Part shown: positions 1 through 10,776 of the stretch, in pieces
Layout of the letters: the number at the start of each line of letters is the position of its first letter
Position numbering within the stretch: position 1 is the first letter of the stretch
Assembly (NCBI GenBank): GCA_946494015.1
Contig: CAMMBL010000003.1
Coordinates: forward strand, 1 to 55,631
From: an uncultured Mycoplasmatota bacterium
Lineage (GTDB): Bacteria > Bacillota_I > Bacilli_A > RF39 > UBA660
Length of the DNA: 55,631 nt
Direction of reading: 5' to 3'
Translations under genes and position numbers: made by a program
Notes under the pieces: model-generated
The model's database searches: none
Told to the model about the DNA's origin: nothing
Seen by the model: the letters and a program-made list of their open reading frames with translations, nothing else

Positions 1-140
1 AGTAAATACCCCCTCTGAAACCAGTACCAAATATTGACATAACTCCCAACGGGTGTTCATCATCTTTTACCTACTCCTTCCTTCTATCTTCTTATAACTT
101 TATGTTAACATATTTAGATAACATCAATCAACAATAAATT

Positions 141-1166
141 TTAATTACTTTTATCTTTTAAACTAACACCATAAAACTCCCTAACTTTTTCTTCTATTTC
201 ATTACATAAATCTTTTTTATCTTTTAACAATAATTTAACATTCTCTTTACCTTGGCCTAATTTTTCACCATTATATGAATACCAAGCACCAGTTTTATCA
301 ACAACCCCAGCTTCAACACCTAAATCAATTATTTCCCCTTCCCTAGAAATACCTTCACCATACATGATATCAACAACTGCACTTTTGAAAGGTGGAGCCA
401 CTTTATTCTTAACTACTTTAACAGTAGTTTTATTTCCCATTATTTTATCACCAACTTTAAGTTGTTCATTACGTCTAATATCAAGTCTAATTGTAGAATA
501 AAACTTTAAAGCCCTTCCTCCTGGAGTTGTTTCTGGATTACCAAACATTACTCCAACCTTTTCTCTTAATTGATTAATAAAAATAGCAATTGTATTAGTT
601 TTATTAATAGTACCAGAAAGTTTTCTTAAAGCTTGACTCATAAGTCTAGCTTGAAGCCCAACATGAGAATCACCCATCTCACCATTTATCTCAGCTTGTG
701 GCACTAAAGCCGCTACTGAATCAATAACAACAATATTAACAGCTTCACTTCTAACTAAAGCTTCACATATTTCAAGAGCCTGTTCTCCCGTATCTGGTTG
801 CGACAAAATAAGCTCATTAGTATTAACTCCTAATCTTTTAGCATAAACAGGATCCAATGCATGTTCAGCATCAATAAAAGCCGCCCTTCCTCCTTCTTTT
901 TGAACTTCTGCAATAGCTTGCAACGCAAAGGTAGTTTTACCACTAGACTCGGGTCCATATATTTCGATAATCCTACCTTTAGGATATCCACCAATACCAA
1001 GAGCAATATCTAAACTTAAACATCCACTTGATACAACATCCATTTTCATATGAGGATTATCCCCTAAACGCATAACAGCACCTTTACCAAATTGTTTTTC
1101 TATATCAGCTAAAACTTGTTCTAAATTTTTATCTTTATTTATTTTACTACTAGCAACTTTACTCAT
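141..1166 (-). CDS. recA: Recombinase A
   Basis: GPESSGKTT Walker [40 protein letters not shown]. Start placed at ATG 1166 behind a GGGAGG RBS; the ORF track extends to 1190. Confidence 0.99.
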   Translation of the reverse strand: MSKVASSKINKDKNLEQVLADIEKQFGKGAVMRLGDNPHMKMDVVSSGCLSLDIALGIGGYPKGRIIEIYGPESSGKTTFALQAIAEVQKEGGRAAFIDAEHALDPVYAKRLGVNTNELILSQPDTGEQALEICEALVRSEAVNIVVIDSVAALVPQAEINGEMGDSHVGLQARLMSQALRKLSGTINKTNTIAIFINQLREKVGVMFGNPETTPGGRALKFYSTIRLDIRRNEQLKVGDKIMGNKTTVKVVKNKVAPPFKSAVVDIMYGEGISREGEIIDLGVEAGVVDKTGAWYSYNGEKLGQGKENVKLLLKDKKDLCNEIEEKVREFYGVSLKDKSN

Positions 1167-1233
1167 AAATTCCTCCCAAAAATCAATCACAATACCATTT
1201 TATAAAGATACAATAAAAATGTCAAGCCAATTT

Positions 1234-1247
1234 CGAACAAAAGTTTG
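1234..1247. promoter_or_regulatory. LexA (Cheo/SOS) box upstream of recA
   Basis: CGAACAAAAGTTTG matches the Firmicute CGAAC-N4-GTTCG box with one mismatch. It lies just upstream of a minus-strand TTGACA-17-TAAAAT promoter (-35 at 1220-1225). Confidence 0.75.
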
Positions 1248-1337
1248 TTAAAATTAAAAATTTTTTAACATACAAAATTAAAAATTAAATTTCTTAATTA
1301 GTAATTTTTAATTTTTATAAAGAAAAAAAGAACAATT

Positions 1338-1940
1338 TTAAATTTGCTCCTCCTCTTTAAAAATCAACTTTTTATTAAGATTAAAATATTCAATCATTGA
1401 AATAATCGACATGATAGTTGCAAAATAAAGTAAAAAATCAGCAACTCTTATATTCCATAATTCAAATGGTAAATTATAAAAAAATGTTAAAACTAAACCG
1501 ACCATCATAGATGCTGTTTTAATCTTTCCTGATTTAATAGCAGCAACAACCTTTCCTTTACTAGAAGCTTCCATTTTAATTGCATCTACTATTATATCTC
1601 TAAATATAATAACAACAGGAACAACAACAGGAATAAATCCTTTATAAGATAAAATAATTAAAGCCGTATTAACTAAAGCCTTATCAGCAATAGCATCTAA
1701 CATTTTTCCAAGATCTGTAACTTGATTATTTTTCCTAGCTAAATACCCATCAAAAAAATCAGTTAAACTAGCTAACATAAAAATAACACCTGCAACTAAA
1801 TATTCCGTTTTAATATAAACACCAGAAACATATATTTGCGGAAAACTTACTCCAAGCAAATAAAATGGAAAAATCAAAATTATAATCATTACAACAGTTA
1901 AGATTATTCTTAACATAGTCAATTTAGTAGGTAAATTCAT
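1338..1940 (-). CDS. pgsA: CDP-diacylglycerol--glycerol-3-phosphate 3-phosphatidyltransferase
   Basis: CDP-alcohol phosphotransferase motif DFFDGYLAR...G.MLDAIADK; N-terminal NLPTKLT.LR; Bacillus-like synteny with recA. Confidence 0.95.
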   Translation of the reverse strand: MNLPTKLTMLRIILTVVMIIILIFPFYLLGVSFPQIYVSGVYIKTEYLVAGVIFMLASLTDFFDGYLARKNNQVTDLGKMLDAIADKALVNTALIILSYKGFIPVVVPVVIIFRDIIVDAIKMEASSKGKVVAAIKSGKIKTASMMVGLVLTFFYNLPFELWNIRVADFLLYFATIMSIISMIEYFNLNKKLIFKEEEQI

Positions 1941-2421
1941 AAACTTTTATTCCTTTCAATTCACTAGAAATAGCTGGTTCTTTATTAACCGTTTTTATTA
2001 CAATTATTGAAATAATAATAGCACTCACAAAAATAACAATACCTAAAACTATAGGTAATTTTTTAATTTTATTCTTATATACTTTTGTATAAGGAGATTG
2101 AACTTTCTTAGTGCTTTTTTCTTTCTCAGCTGCTTCTTTTTTCTTTTTCGCTTCCATTATATCATCTAAAGATATTTTAGAAGTATGTTCAAATAAGAAA
2201 TCATTAAATTCATCTTGTACTTTAATAGGATCAAGTCCTAAATATTTTGCATAATCTTTAATTAAATCTTTTAAATAATAAACATCTTTAAAAGCTCTAA
2301 CATTTGCACTTTCTATATTTTCAAGAAGTAAAACATCTACACCTAAATCAGTTGCTGCTTCTTCAAGACTAACACCATTACTACGTCTAACATCCTGAAG
2401 ATATTCACCCAATTCTTTCAT
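1924..2421 (-). CDS. RodZ/YmfM-like HTH membrane protein (short form)
   Basis: N-terminal LGEYLQDVRRSNGVSLEE HTH, DYAKYLGLDP motif, single C-terminal TM, upstream of pgsA. Confidence 0.8.
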   Translation of the reverse strand: MKELGEYLQDVRRSNGVSLEEAATDLGVDVLLLENIESANVRAFKDVYYLKDLIKDYAKYLGLDPIKVQDEFNDFLFEHTSKISLDDIMEAKKKKEAAEKEKSTKKVQSPYTKVYKNKIKKLPIVLGIVIFVSAIIISIIVIKTVNKEPAISSELKGIKVYEFTY

Positions 2422-2439
2422 TACTCACCTCTTATAATT

Positions 2440-2784
2440 AATATTTAATAAGCCATGTTCTGTACCTATTTCTAGGTGACAAGTATCTATCTACTATTTC
2501 TAGTTCTCAAAAAAATTCATTTCTCTTTTTGAAACTCCCCTACCATAATTTGGGTTTCTCACTCGTGGGGTTTACCGCGTTTCACTTTTTAGTTTCCTAA
2601 AAAATCGTCACTGTGGCACTTTATAAGTCTTTACCATAGAAACTCCTTAGGTAAAGACTAAGCCGTTAGTGTAAAAACACTACCTTAAGTTATTTTTTCC
2701 TTAAGCACGAACACTACAATCATCTCAGACTGTGTGAGCATGGACTTTCCTCTAAGAATAAATTCTCAGCACTTGTCTAAAATA
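2440..2784 (-). ncRNA. rnpB: RNase P RNA, bacterial type B
   Basis: Minus strand carries GAGGAAAGTCCATGCTC, AGTGCCACAGTGACG, GAAACGCGGTAAACCCC and terminal ACAGAACATGGCTTA; directly downstream of gpsB as in Bacillus. Ends approximate. Confidence 0.95.
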
Positions 2785-3117
2785 TTAATCATTTTCTCTA
2801 CCATATACTTCTTTTTCAAGCTGACTTAATCTTCTTAAAATATCAAGATTATTAAATTCAGCTGTATCAGTACTATTTCTAGCAATTTCAACATTCACTT
2901 TAGCATTTCTAAGATCTTGTTTCAAAGTCATTATCTCTCTTAAAAGTTCAGCTTTTTCTTTTTCTAAACTATCAATAATTGCAAAAAATTGCTCATAATC
3001 GCCAATAATAACATCAAGAAATTGATCAACTTCTTTTAAACGATAACCTCTAGTGTCAATCTTAAAATCTTTCTCTAAAATCTCTTGTGGCGTTAATGTA
3101 ATTTTATTCTGATACAT
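2785..3117 (-). CDS. gpsB: Cell-cycle adaptor GpsB (DivIVA domain)
   Basis: LTPQEILEKDFK...RGY...EVDQFLD DivIVA motif; C-terminal NLDILRRLSQLEKEVYG typical of GpsB. Confidence 0.92.
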   Translation of the reverse strand: MYQNKITLTPQEILEKDFKIDTRGYRLKEVDQFLDVIIGDYEQFFAIIDSLEKEKAELLREIMTLKQDLRNAKVNVEIARNSTDTAEFNNLDILRRLSQLEKEVYGREND

Positions 3118-3162
3118 CTAAATCACCAATCCCTTTACACTACTTATTTTAAGAAATATCTG

Positions 3163-3270
3163 TTATTTTGTCAATCTTTTCCGAATAACTTCTACTTCAT
3201 TTAATCTCAAAGCTAATTTAATATTATTATTAATTTTTGTTAAAAGAAAAATAACATCTTTATTATTCAA
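3163..3270 (-). CDS. Unannotated 35-aa ORF (MNNKDVIFLLTKINNNIKLALRLNEVEVIRKRLTK)
   Basis: TTG start about 11 nt after AAAGGA; below the ORF-track length cutoff; overlaps the gpsB -35 box. Confidence 0.3.
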   Translation of the reverse strand: MNNKDVIFLLTKINNNIKLALRLNEVEVIRKRLTK

Positions 3271-3406
3271 TTTAATCGCATCCTTTCTTTATATTTTTAT
3301 AATAAAAAGTTTTTTAGCAAAGAACAACAAATTCGACAAAACTATATTTTCTTTGACAAATAAAAAAAATTGAGTATAATAAAGTCAGTTTTTAAGAGGT
3401 GTAATA

Positions 3407-4105
3407 ATGACTATAATTGAAAAAATAAATGAATGTTTAAATAATAAAGATCTACAAAAACTTTTAGAAGTTAAAGACTATATAAGTTTTTTTGCCAATG
3501 ACTGGTTTTATCTATTTGAAAAGAAGAAAAAAATATTAGAAAAGATGCTTGTTTTAACAGAGGATGGTAGTACTAATAGAATTCGTTTTAAAGGAAATAA
3601 TATTGCTTTTAGTTTAGGTAAAGATCCCATGGAAAAATTTTATTTAGACCATCTTTTACTAGGTGATATTAAAAATGAAGAATTCATATTTTCATTAAGA
3701 CATCAATATTTAGAAAATGATGAAGTTATTGCTGTAAAATTAGTAGATAATGGTATTTTACATACTTTTAATATTAGTAAAAATTCTTTAAGTATTGAAA
3801 AAACATATGCTAAAGAAATCGATTATACTAATTATAATAAGGATGAGGAAGTAACTTATGAAACACAAATTTTTAATTTAAAAAAAGAAAACAATGAAAT
3901 AAAGGTTTGGAATAATATTGATAATAAAGAACATGAACAAGATATTATGAAAGAATTTCAAATATTAGAAAATTTTTATCCAACAATAACTAGTTATATT
4001 AGTGGATATCTTCCATTCTTATCTGAATGTATTATTAATACTAAAAATATTCAAAAAGAAAAAACTAAAATCTATAAAATTAAAAGAAAAACAACAAACA
4101 ATTAG
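3407..4105 (+). CDS. Hypothetical protein (232 aa)
   Basis: Long ORF with GAGGTG RBS and TTGACA(3353)-16-TATAAT(3375) promoter; no recognised motif. Confidence 0.75.
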   Translation: MTIIEKINECLNNKDLQKLLEVKDYISFFANDWFYLFEKKKKILEKMLVLTEDGSTNRIRFKGNNIAFSLGKDPMEKFYLDHLLLGDIKNEEFIFSLRHQYLENDEVIAVKLVDNGILHTFNISKNSLSIEKTYAKEIDYTNYNKDEEVTYETQIFNLKKENNEIKVWNNIDNKEHEQDIMKEFQILENFYPTITSYISGYLPFLSECIINTKNIQKEKTKIYKIKRKTTNN

Positions 4106-4180
4106 ACAAATAAGTAAATAAAATTCTTATTTGTCTTTTATTATAGCTATTTTTGTATAAATATAGTATAATTATATTAG

Positions 4181-4780
4181 GTGATACAAATGAATTATCC
4201 TACTGGGATAAAAAAAAGTCATAATGTAATTATCAACTATAGTCATAGAGGAATGACACTAGAAGATGATATAAATCAAACTAATAAATACTATAGAGAT
4301 AATGATATTGCATATATATATAAAAAACCTACACCTATAAAAGTTACAAAAGTAGATTTTAGAAAAGATAGAACTTCAACTATTAAAGAAGCTTTTTATG
4401 AAGAACCATCTACTACTGATTATAATGGTATTTACAAAGGATTTTATATTGACTTTGAAGCAAAAGAGACCAAAAATAAAACATCATTCCCACTAGCTAA
4501 TATTCATAAACACCAATTAAAACATTTAGAAAATATTATAAGACATGGGGGAATCGGCTTTATAGTTGTACGTTTTAGTATGCTAAATGAAACATATCTA
4601 TTAAAAGCAGAAGACCTTTTTTCTTTTACTAAAAGCAGCCAAAGAAAATCAATACCAAGATCTTATTTTAAAGATAAAGGAAAAATGCTAAAAGAAAGCT
4701 TTAGGCCACGATTAGACTATTTAAAAGTAATAGATAATTTTTTGGAGGTAAAAAATAATGACAAAGAAAAAGACAAATAA
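4181..4780 (+). CDS. recU: Holliday junction resolvase RecU
   Basis: MNYPTG start, RGMTLE, YIYKKPTPI, TTDYNGIYKGFYIDFEAKET, HQLKHL motifs; upstream of ponA. Confidence 0.97.
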   Translation: MIQMNYPTGIKKSHNVIINYSHRGMTLEDDINQTNKYYRDNDIAYIYKKPTPIKVTKVDFRKDRTSTIKEAFYEEPSTTDYNGIYKGFYIDFEAKETKNKTSFPLANIHKHQLKHLENIIRHGGIGFIVVRFSMLNETYLLKAEDLFSFTKSSQRKSIPRSYFKDKGKMLKESFRPRLDYLKVIDNFLEVKNNDKEKDK

Positions 4781-7589
4781 AAATAAAAAAAATAATTTAC
4801 TAATTCCTATAGCAATTATTTATATAATTCTAATTATAATTAGCTATTTTATACTAGGATTATTAGTAACTGTTTTTATGGGCGTTGGTATCTTAATAAT
4901 AATAGGTATTGCCAAACTAGTAGATAGTGTAAAAAATAAACCTAAGCAAAAAAAGATAGTTAATACTATTTTAATTATAATTTTATCTATTGGTATATTA
5001 GTTATGCTAGCTGGGATAGTCTTTATGATTTATATAGCTATTTCAGCTAATTCAAAATTTGATGCTAGCAAACTAGATAGTAGTGAACCAACTGTTTTAT
5101 ATGATATAAATGGTGATGAATATGCTAAACTTGGTAATGAAATGAGAGATAAAGTAACGTATGATGAATTACCTGAAGTATTAGTTGATGCTATTGTAGC
5201 TACTGAAGATTCAAGATTCTTTCAACATAATGGATTTGATGCTCCAAGATTCTTTAAAGCTTCTTTAGGACAATTAATAGGTAATTCAGATGCTGGTGGA
5301 GCTTCTACTTTATCTATGCAAGTAATTAAAAACAAATTAACATCACGAGTAGCATCTGGAATAGATGGAATTATTAGAAAATTCCAAGATATATATCTAG
5401 CTATTTTCAAACTTGAAAAAAATTATACTAAAGAACAAATAATAGAGTTTTATGTAAACAATCATGGATTAGGTGGAAATATATATGGTGTTAGTCAAGC
5501 AGCTAGAGTATACTTTAATAAAGATATTCAAGACTTAAATCTTGCTGAAGCTAGTATTATTGCTGGAATGTTCCAAGCTCCTAATACATATCGTCCTACT
5601 AATGAAGAAAATATAGAGGCTGTTACTAAACGTCGTAATACTGTTTTATACTTAATGGAACGACATGGATATATTTCTAAAGAAGAAAGAGAAATAGCAA
5701 GTTCAATTAGTGTTGAAAGTCTAGTCAATTATAATGAAACAGCTGATATTAGTGGTAATAGTGAATATCAAGGATATATTGATACAGTAGTAGCGGAAGT
5801 AGAAGATAAATATGATGCTAATCCATACACTACTCCAATGAAAATTTATACTAATTTAGATCGAGAAAAACAAGATGGTGTTAATCGAGTTATGAATGGA
5901 GAAAGCTATACTTGGATTAATGATGTTATTCAAAGTGGAGTTTCTGTACTTGATAGTGAAACAGGAAAAATACTAGCTATAGGAGCTGGTAGAAATAAAA
6001 CGGGAGTTAATACTCTTAATTATGCTACAAGTATAAAAAGACAACCTGGATCGACTGCAAAACCATTATTTGATTATGGACCATTAATTGAATACAATAA
6101 TGCTTCAACTTTTGGATATAATGATGGAAAAGATAACTATAAAATGTTTGTAGATGAACCATATTCCTATACTAATGGCAAAGAAATTAACAACTGGGAT
6201 GGTAAATTTATGGGTAATATGACTACAAGGAGAGCTCTTTCTTTATCAAGAAATATTCCAGCTCTAAAAGCATTCCAACAAGTTGACAATTCTAAAATAA
6301 TTGAATTTGTAGAAAAATTAGGAATTAAACCAGAAGTAGAAAATGGTAAAATTCATGAAGCTCATGCTCTAGGTGCTTTTGATGGTGTTAATTCCCTTCA
6401 AATGGCAGCAGCTTATGCGGCATTCTCTAATGGTGGCTATTATAATGAACCATATTCTGTAAGTAAAGTTGTCTTTACTCAAAGTGGTGAAGAATATGAA
6501 CATAAAAATAAAAAAGAAAAAGTAATGGAAGATTCTACTGCTTTTATGATTACAAGTATACTAGATGATACTAGTATTACTGGTGGAGGAGCAATTGATA
6601 AAGTTGCTATGAAAACTGGTACTACAAATTTTGATGAAAACTATCGTAAACAATTAGGGATGGCTGATGATGCTATTAGAGATTCATGGGTTATTGGTTA
6701 TACAACTAAAACAGTAATTGGATTATGGTATGGTTATAAAGAAACTACCCCTGAATCTGTTGCTCAAGGCTATTATTGCCATAACTTAGCTGGTACAGTT
6801 CAACGTGATAGATTATTTACTGCCTTATCTAATGAAGTATTTGAAAAGAATAAAGAAGATTTTAAAATGCCTGATAGCGTTGTTAAAGTACCATTAGTAG
6901 CTAACAGTAGTACAGCTAAAGTAGCTGGTACAGGTTATACTGGTTCCATAATATATGAATACTTTAAAAAAGATCATGAACCAACAGGTAAACAAGAAAT
7001 AAGCAATTTATCAGCGCCAAGTAATTTAACAGCTACTTATAAAAATGGTAGTGTTCATCTAAATTGGACTGGAGTTAATCCAGGAGTTACTGATTCTTCT
7101 TATGGTGAATTTGGATACAATGTATATCTAAATAATACGCTATTAGGATTTACAACTAATACAAGTTATACAGTTAATAATCCTAGTAATCCATATGGTA
7201 CTTATAAAGTAATTGCTACTTTCAAAAATTATGATGGTCTAGATAGTACAGCTGCTACTTATGAATTAAAGAAAAGTAGTGCTAATTTAAAAATTAATGC
7301 CAGTAGTATAAATGTTGATAAATTCTATATAAATGATATAACTAAATACTTAACTGTATATGATGGTAGTACTAATGTAACAAGTCAAACTAGTAATTGG
7401 ACATTATCAAGTATTTCAGGACCTACAACCTCAACAGCTACAACAGTTTTATCAACACCAGGTACTTATACCTTAAAATATCGCTTTACCTATGATGGTG
7501 AAACTAAAGAAACAGGTAACATAACGGTTACTATAAATGAAAAGAAAGAACCTGAAATATCAGAGCCTAGTACTGATCCTACAACCTAA
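4758..7589 (+). CDS. ponA: Class A penicillin-binding protein 1A with C-terminal FN3/Ig-like region
   Basis: Transglycosylase motifs ATEDSRF, GASTLSMQ, RKFQD; transpeptidase STAK, SRN, KTGT; recU-ponA operon. Confidence 0.93.
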   Translation: MTKKKTNKNKKNNLLIPIAIIYIILIIISYFILGLLVTVFMGVGILIIIGIAKLVDSVKNKPKQKKIVNTILIIILSIGILVMLAGIVFMIYIAISANSKFDASKLDSSEPTVLYDINGDEYAKLGNEMRDKVTYDELPEVLVDAIVATEDSRFFQHNGFDAPRFFKASLGQLIGNSDAGGASTLSMQVIKNKLTSRVASGIDGIIRKFQDIYLAIFKLEKNYTKEQIIEFYVNNHGLGGNIYGVSQAARVYFNKDIQDLNLAEASIIAGMFQAPNTYRPTNEENIEAVTKRRNTVLYLMERHGYISKEEREIASSISVESLVNYNETADISGNSEYQGYIDTVVAEVEDKYDANPYTTPMKIYTNLDREKQDGVNRVMNGESYTWINDVIQSGVSVLDSETGKILAIGAGRNKTGVNTLNYATSIKRQPGSTAKPLFDYGPLIEYNNASTFGYNDGKDNYKMFVDEPYSYTNGKEINNWDGKFMGNMTTRRALSLSRNIPALKAFQQVDNSKIIEFVEKLGIKPEVENGKIHEAHALGAFDGVNSLQMAAAYAAFSNGGYYNEPYSVSKVVFTQSGEEYEHKNKKEKVMEDSTAFMITSILDDTSITGGGAIDKVAMKTGTTNFDENYRKQLGMADDAIRDSWVIGYTTKTVIGLWYGYKETTPESVAQGYYCHNLAGTVQRDRLFTALSNEVFEKNKEDFKMPDSVVKVPLVANSSTAKVAGTGYTGSIIYEYFKKDHEPTGKQEISNLSAPSNLTATYKNGSVHLNWTGVNPGVTDSSYGEFGYNVYLNNTLLGFTTNTSYTVNNPSNPYGTYKVIATFKNYDGLDSTAATYELKKSSANLKINASSINVDKFYINDITKYLTVYDGSTNVTSQTSNWTLSSISGPTTSTATTVLSTPGTYTLKYRFTYDGETKETGNITVTINEKKEPEISEPSTDPTT

Positions 7590-7598
7590 AAAAGAAGC

Positions 7599-8282
7599 TT
7601 ATTTTAACAGCTTCTTTTCTTTTTTACAAATATTTTTTAACTCACAATTATCACATAGAGGTTTAACTGCTTTACAATAATATCTTCCAAATAAAACTAA
7701 CTGTAAGTGTCTTTTAGCCCAAACTTCACGTTTAAATGCTCTTTTAAGTTTTTCTTCTACTTCTATAACACTATCCTTTTCTTTAGCAAGATATAATCTT
7801 TTAGAAACTCTTTCCACATGAGTATCTACCGCTATAGCCGGTATATTATAAAATTCACTTAAAAATACATTAACTGTTTTCCTTCCTACTCCTGGAAAAG
7901 ATTCTAATATCTTTCTACTTTTAGGAACTCTACCATCATACTTAAAACACAACAATTTAGCTATTTCTTTAACATATAAAGCCTTTTTATGATAAGACCC
8001 TATTGGCCTTAAAATATCTTCCAAATCTTCTAAATTAGCCTTAGATAAACTATCAAGATTAGGATACTTTTCTAATAAAATAGGCATAACACTATTAACA
8101 CGTTTATCTGTAGACTGTGCACTTAAAACAATAGCAATCAATAATTCATAATCCGTATTATAATTAAGTTCACATTTAGGATCAGGAAATAAATAATCTA
8201 AATAATTTTCAATAATTTTTACTCTATTCTCTTTCTTCATCATCATCAAACCAATCATAATCAAATACTTCAATTGGTTCAT
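7599..8282 (-). CDS. nth: Endonuclease III
   Basis: LLIAIVLSAQSTD, PGVGRKT HhH motif, VDTHV, C-terminal CxxxxxxCxxCxxxxxC 4Fe-4S cluster. True start probably MMKKENR. Confidence 0.96.
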   Translation of the reverse strand: MNQLKYLIMIGLMMMKKENRVKIIENYLDYLFPDPKCELNYNTDYELLIAIVLSAQSTDKRVNSVMPILLEKYPNLDSLSKANLEDLEDILRPIGSYHKKALYVKEIAKLLCFKYDGRVPKSRKILESFPGVGRKTVNVFLSEFYNIPAIAVDTHVERVSKRLYLAKEKDSVIEVEEKLKRAFKREVWAKRHLQLVLFGRYYCKAVKPLCDNCELKNICKKEKKLLK

Positions 8283-8895
8283 TTAACTCCTTACTTTTCT
8301 TATTTAAAAAATGAATAACATCTTCTTTAGTCTTAATTCCCTTTTTATCCCATTCATATAATATTCTATCTATATATCTAATACTAGAAACCCCATTTAA
8401 AGAAGCCTCTTTAACCGCTTCTATTATCACTTCATTATTAAAATTACTAGCCCAAGCTTTAATAAATTCTATTTCACTAGAATTCAAAGTCCTACCAAAT
8501 TCTTTTTCTATAATTGAAAATACATTCTCATCCAATTCATTATTAACATTATCATCAACTACCTCATCTAGCATAATACTAGTAATTTTTTCATAAAACA
8601 AACTTAAATTTATTTTTTCTTCTATTGTTCCCTTATCATTTTTATAAGTATCTATAACTAATAATTTTTTATCATTTAAAGAAGATATTAATGTTAAAAC
8701 TTCAACAGTTTTTAATCCTAAATCTTCAGATATTCTAACTGGATTAAAAGTAATCAAATTACCTTTTCCTTTTAAATACATTAAGAAAAAAAACTCATCT
8801 AAACTTATATCTAATTTCTTATAACATTTATAAAAACTTAAGGGTACAACAATATTATCTTCTTTTAATAAATCAACTAGAAACTTTTCTTTCAT
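8224..8895 (-). CDS. dnaD: DnaD domain replication protein
   Basis: EKEFGRTL...E.E.I..W, EAVKEA, RYIDRIL.EW.KKGIKT; dnaD-nth synteny. Confidence 0.88.
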   Translation of the reverse strand: MKEKFLVDLLKEDNIVVPLSFYKCYKKLDISLDEFFFLMYLKGKGNLITFNPVRISEDLGLKTVEVLTLISSLNDKKLLVIDTYKNDKGTIEEKINLSLFYEKITSIMLDEVVDDNVNNELDENVFSIIEKEFGRTLNSSEIEFIKAWASNFNNEVIIEAVKEASLNGVSSIRYIDRILYEWDKKGIKTKEDVIHFLNKKSKELNEPIEVFDYDWFDDDEERE

Positions 8896-10006
8896 CGCTA
8901 CCCTCCTTTAACAAATTAAGATATATTTCTTTCGCTAAAAGTAATAGATCTTCTTTTTTATTAGCAACTTTTAACTCAAGAATATAATTCTCTATCTCTT
9001 GCCAAATTTCACGTAAAACAGGTCCTTCTTCAATATCTAAAGTACTCATAATATCATAAGAATCTATTACTATATCACTTCTTTTATGAATAGGCATATC
9101 TTCATATAAATCAACAACTTTCTTTTTATCATATCCCATTATTTCAGAAGCAACTGTACAAACATATAAATCATAATCATATAAAGTTCTAACTGCCAAA
9201 GGATTCTTATCTAATGCTTCTCTTATACTACTCATCAAATTAAGTTCATTTCTAGTAAAAGGATATATATCATCAACTTCTAATAAAGTCCAAATTCCAA
9301 TAACTTGGCTACAAGGCTTTACCTTATTAAGATTTTTTAACTCTAAAAAATTAGTAAGTTCTAATTCTTTAAGTAATTTAATTCCTTTAATTAAATTATT
9401 ACTACTAAAGATTTTATCTAGTTCTTCTTTCTTTCTATTTACAGATAAATCCTTTAATAAATATTTATCTTGTCTAATCGCCTCTTTTAAACTACCATCT
9501 AGTTCAAAATCTAAAGTAGTTGCAAATCTAATAGCCCGTAATATTCTAAGAGAATCAAAAGAAATTGATTTTAAAGGATCGACAACCGTTTTAATTATTT
9601 TTTTATCTATATCTCCTTTATTATTTAATAAATCAATTATATTACCAAATTTATCCATACATATAGTATTAATAGTAAAATCCCTTCTTTTTAAATCTGT
9701 TTTTAAATCATTTACATAAGTTATAACATCAGGATGTCTATTATCACTATAACAATATTCACATCTATAAGTAGTAATTTCAAATCTAATACCATCTAAA
9801 TATATACTAACACTTCCATATGAAGCATTCTCTAAATTAGCATTAGGAAATATCTTAATTAATTCCTTAGGTTTAGCATTAGTAGTAATATCTACATCAT
9901 TAGATTTAACCCCCATTAAATAATCTCTAACAAATCCTCCTACTATATATGCTTCATAAGAATTATCTTCAATCATATTTAAAACTTTTAAGGCTGTATC
10001 TAACAT
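8873..10006 (-). CDS. cca: CCA-adding tRNA nucleotidyltransferase
   Basis: YIVGGFVRD, DVDITT, EITTYR, DLKRRDFTIN, DSLRILRAIRF. Confidence 0.92.
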   Translation of the reverse strand: MLDTALKVLNMIEDNSYEAYIVGGFVRDYLMGVKSNDVDITTNAKPKELIKIFPNANLENASYGSVSIYLDGIRFEITTYRCEYCYSDNRHPDVITYVNDLKTDLKRRDFTINTICMDKFGNIIDLLNNKGDIDKKIIKTVVDPLKSISFDSLRILRAIRFATTLDFELDGSLKEAIRQDKYLLKDLSVNRKKEELDKIFSSNNLIKGIKLLKELELTNFLELKNLNKVKPCSQVIGIWTLLEVDDIYPFTRNELNLMSSIREALDKNPLAVRTLYDYDLYVCTVASEIMGYDKKKVVDLYEDMPIHKRSDIVIDSYDIMSTLDIEEGPVLREIWQEIENYILELKVANKKEDLLLLAKEIYLNLLKEGSDERKVSS

Positions 10007-10062
10007 TATTATATCACCACTACTATTGTATCACATTTAATTTATTTTTTTAAATTATAAAA

Positions 10063-10314
10063 TTATAGACTATCCAAATAATAAAGTATAATCCATATTA
10101 AAAGAAATATTATATTAATAATATAAAAACCTATTTTTGAAGTTTTATGTCTAAATAAAAGCATTGCTAAAAAAGCTCCTAATGCTCCTCCTAAAACACT
10201 AAAACCAAATAATAGTTTTTCACTAATTCTATAATACCCAAAAACTGCTAGAAATTTATCTATTCCATAAAATATAAAAGTAAAAATATTAATCCAAATT
10301 AAATATATATACAT
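10063..10314 (-). CDS. DUF1294 (YsdA-like) small membrane protein
   Basis: YGIDK.LA...YRISEK.L......GGA.GA..AM..FRHKT.K. Confidence 0.88.
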   Translation of the reverse strand: MYIYLIWINIFTFIFYGIDKFLAVFGYYRISEKLLFGFSVLGGALGAFLAMLLFRHKTSKIGFYIINIIFLLIWIILYYLDSL

Positions 10315-10342
10315 AAAGAAAAAAAGCCATTACTGGCTAATT

Positions 10343-10615
10343 TTAATTTACTGCGTCTTTAAGAGCAGATCCTGCTTTAAATGAAACAACATTTCTAGCT
10401 TCAATTTGAACAGTTTCTCCAGTTCTAGGATTACGTCCTTCACGTGCTGCTCTTTTTGATACACTAAATGTACCAAAACCAACTAGTGGAACTTTATCTC
10501 CTTTAGCTAATGCTTCAGCAATAGCTTCACAAAATGCATCAGTAGCACGTACTGCATCAGCTTTAGTTAAACCAGCTTTTTCAGCAACAGCTTCGATTAA
10601 TTCTACTTTTTTCAT
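10343..10615 (-). CDS. hup: Histone-like DNA-binding protein HU
   Basis: GFGTFSV..RAAREGRNPRTGE...I......FKAG..LKDAV. Confidence 0.97.
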   Translation of the reverse strand: MKKVELIEAVAEKAGLTKADAVRATDAFCEAIAEALAKGDKVPLVGFGTFSVSKRAAREGRNPRTGETVQIEARNVVSFKAGSALKDAVN

Positions 10616-10776
10616 TTAAAAACCTCCTATTATATTAAGCATATCTTGCTTACATAATAAGGATACCATGAAAGCCTTTTTAAATCAATGATTTTTAGTG
10701 TTTTTAAAGATAAAAATAAAACAGTTATTTTTATTAAAATATTTTTATAACTGTTTTATATTTCTTGATTTTTTAT

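Noticed and set aside
5222-5728. ORF-track entries 5222-5410 and 5528-5728 (minus)
   Set aside because: Antisense shadows inside ponA; no RBS or motif.
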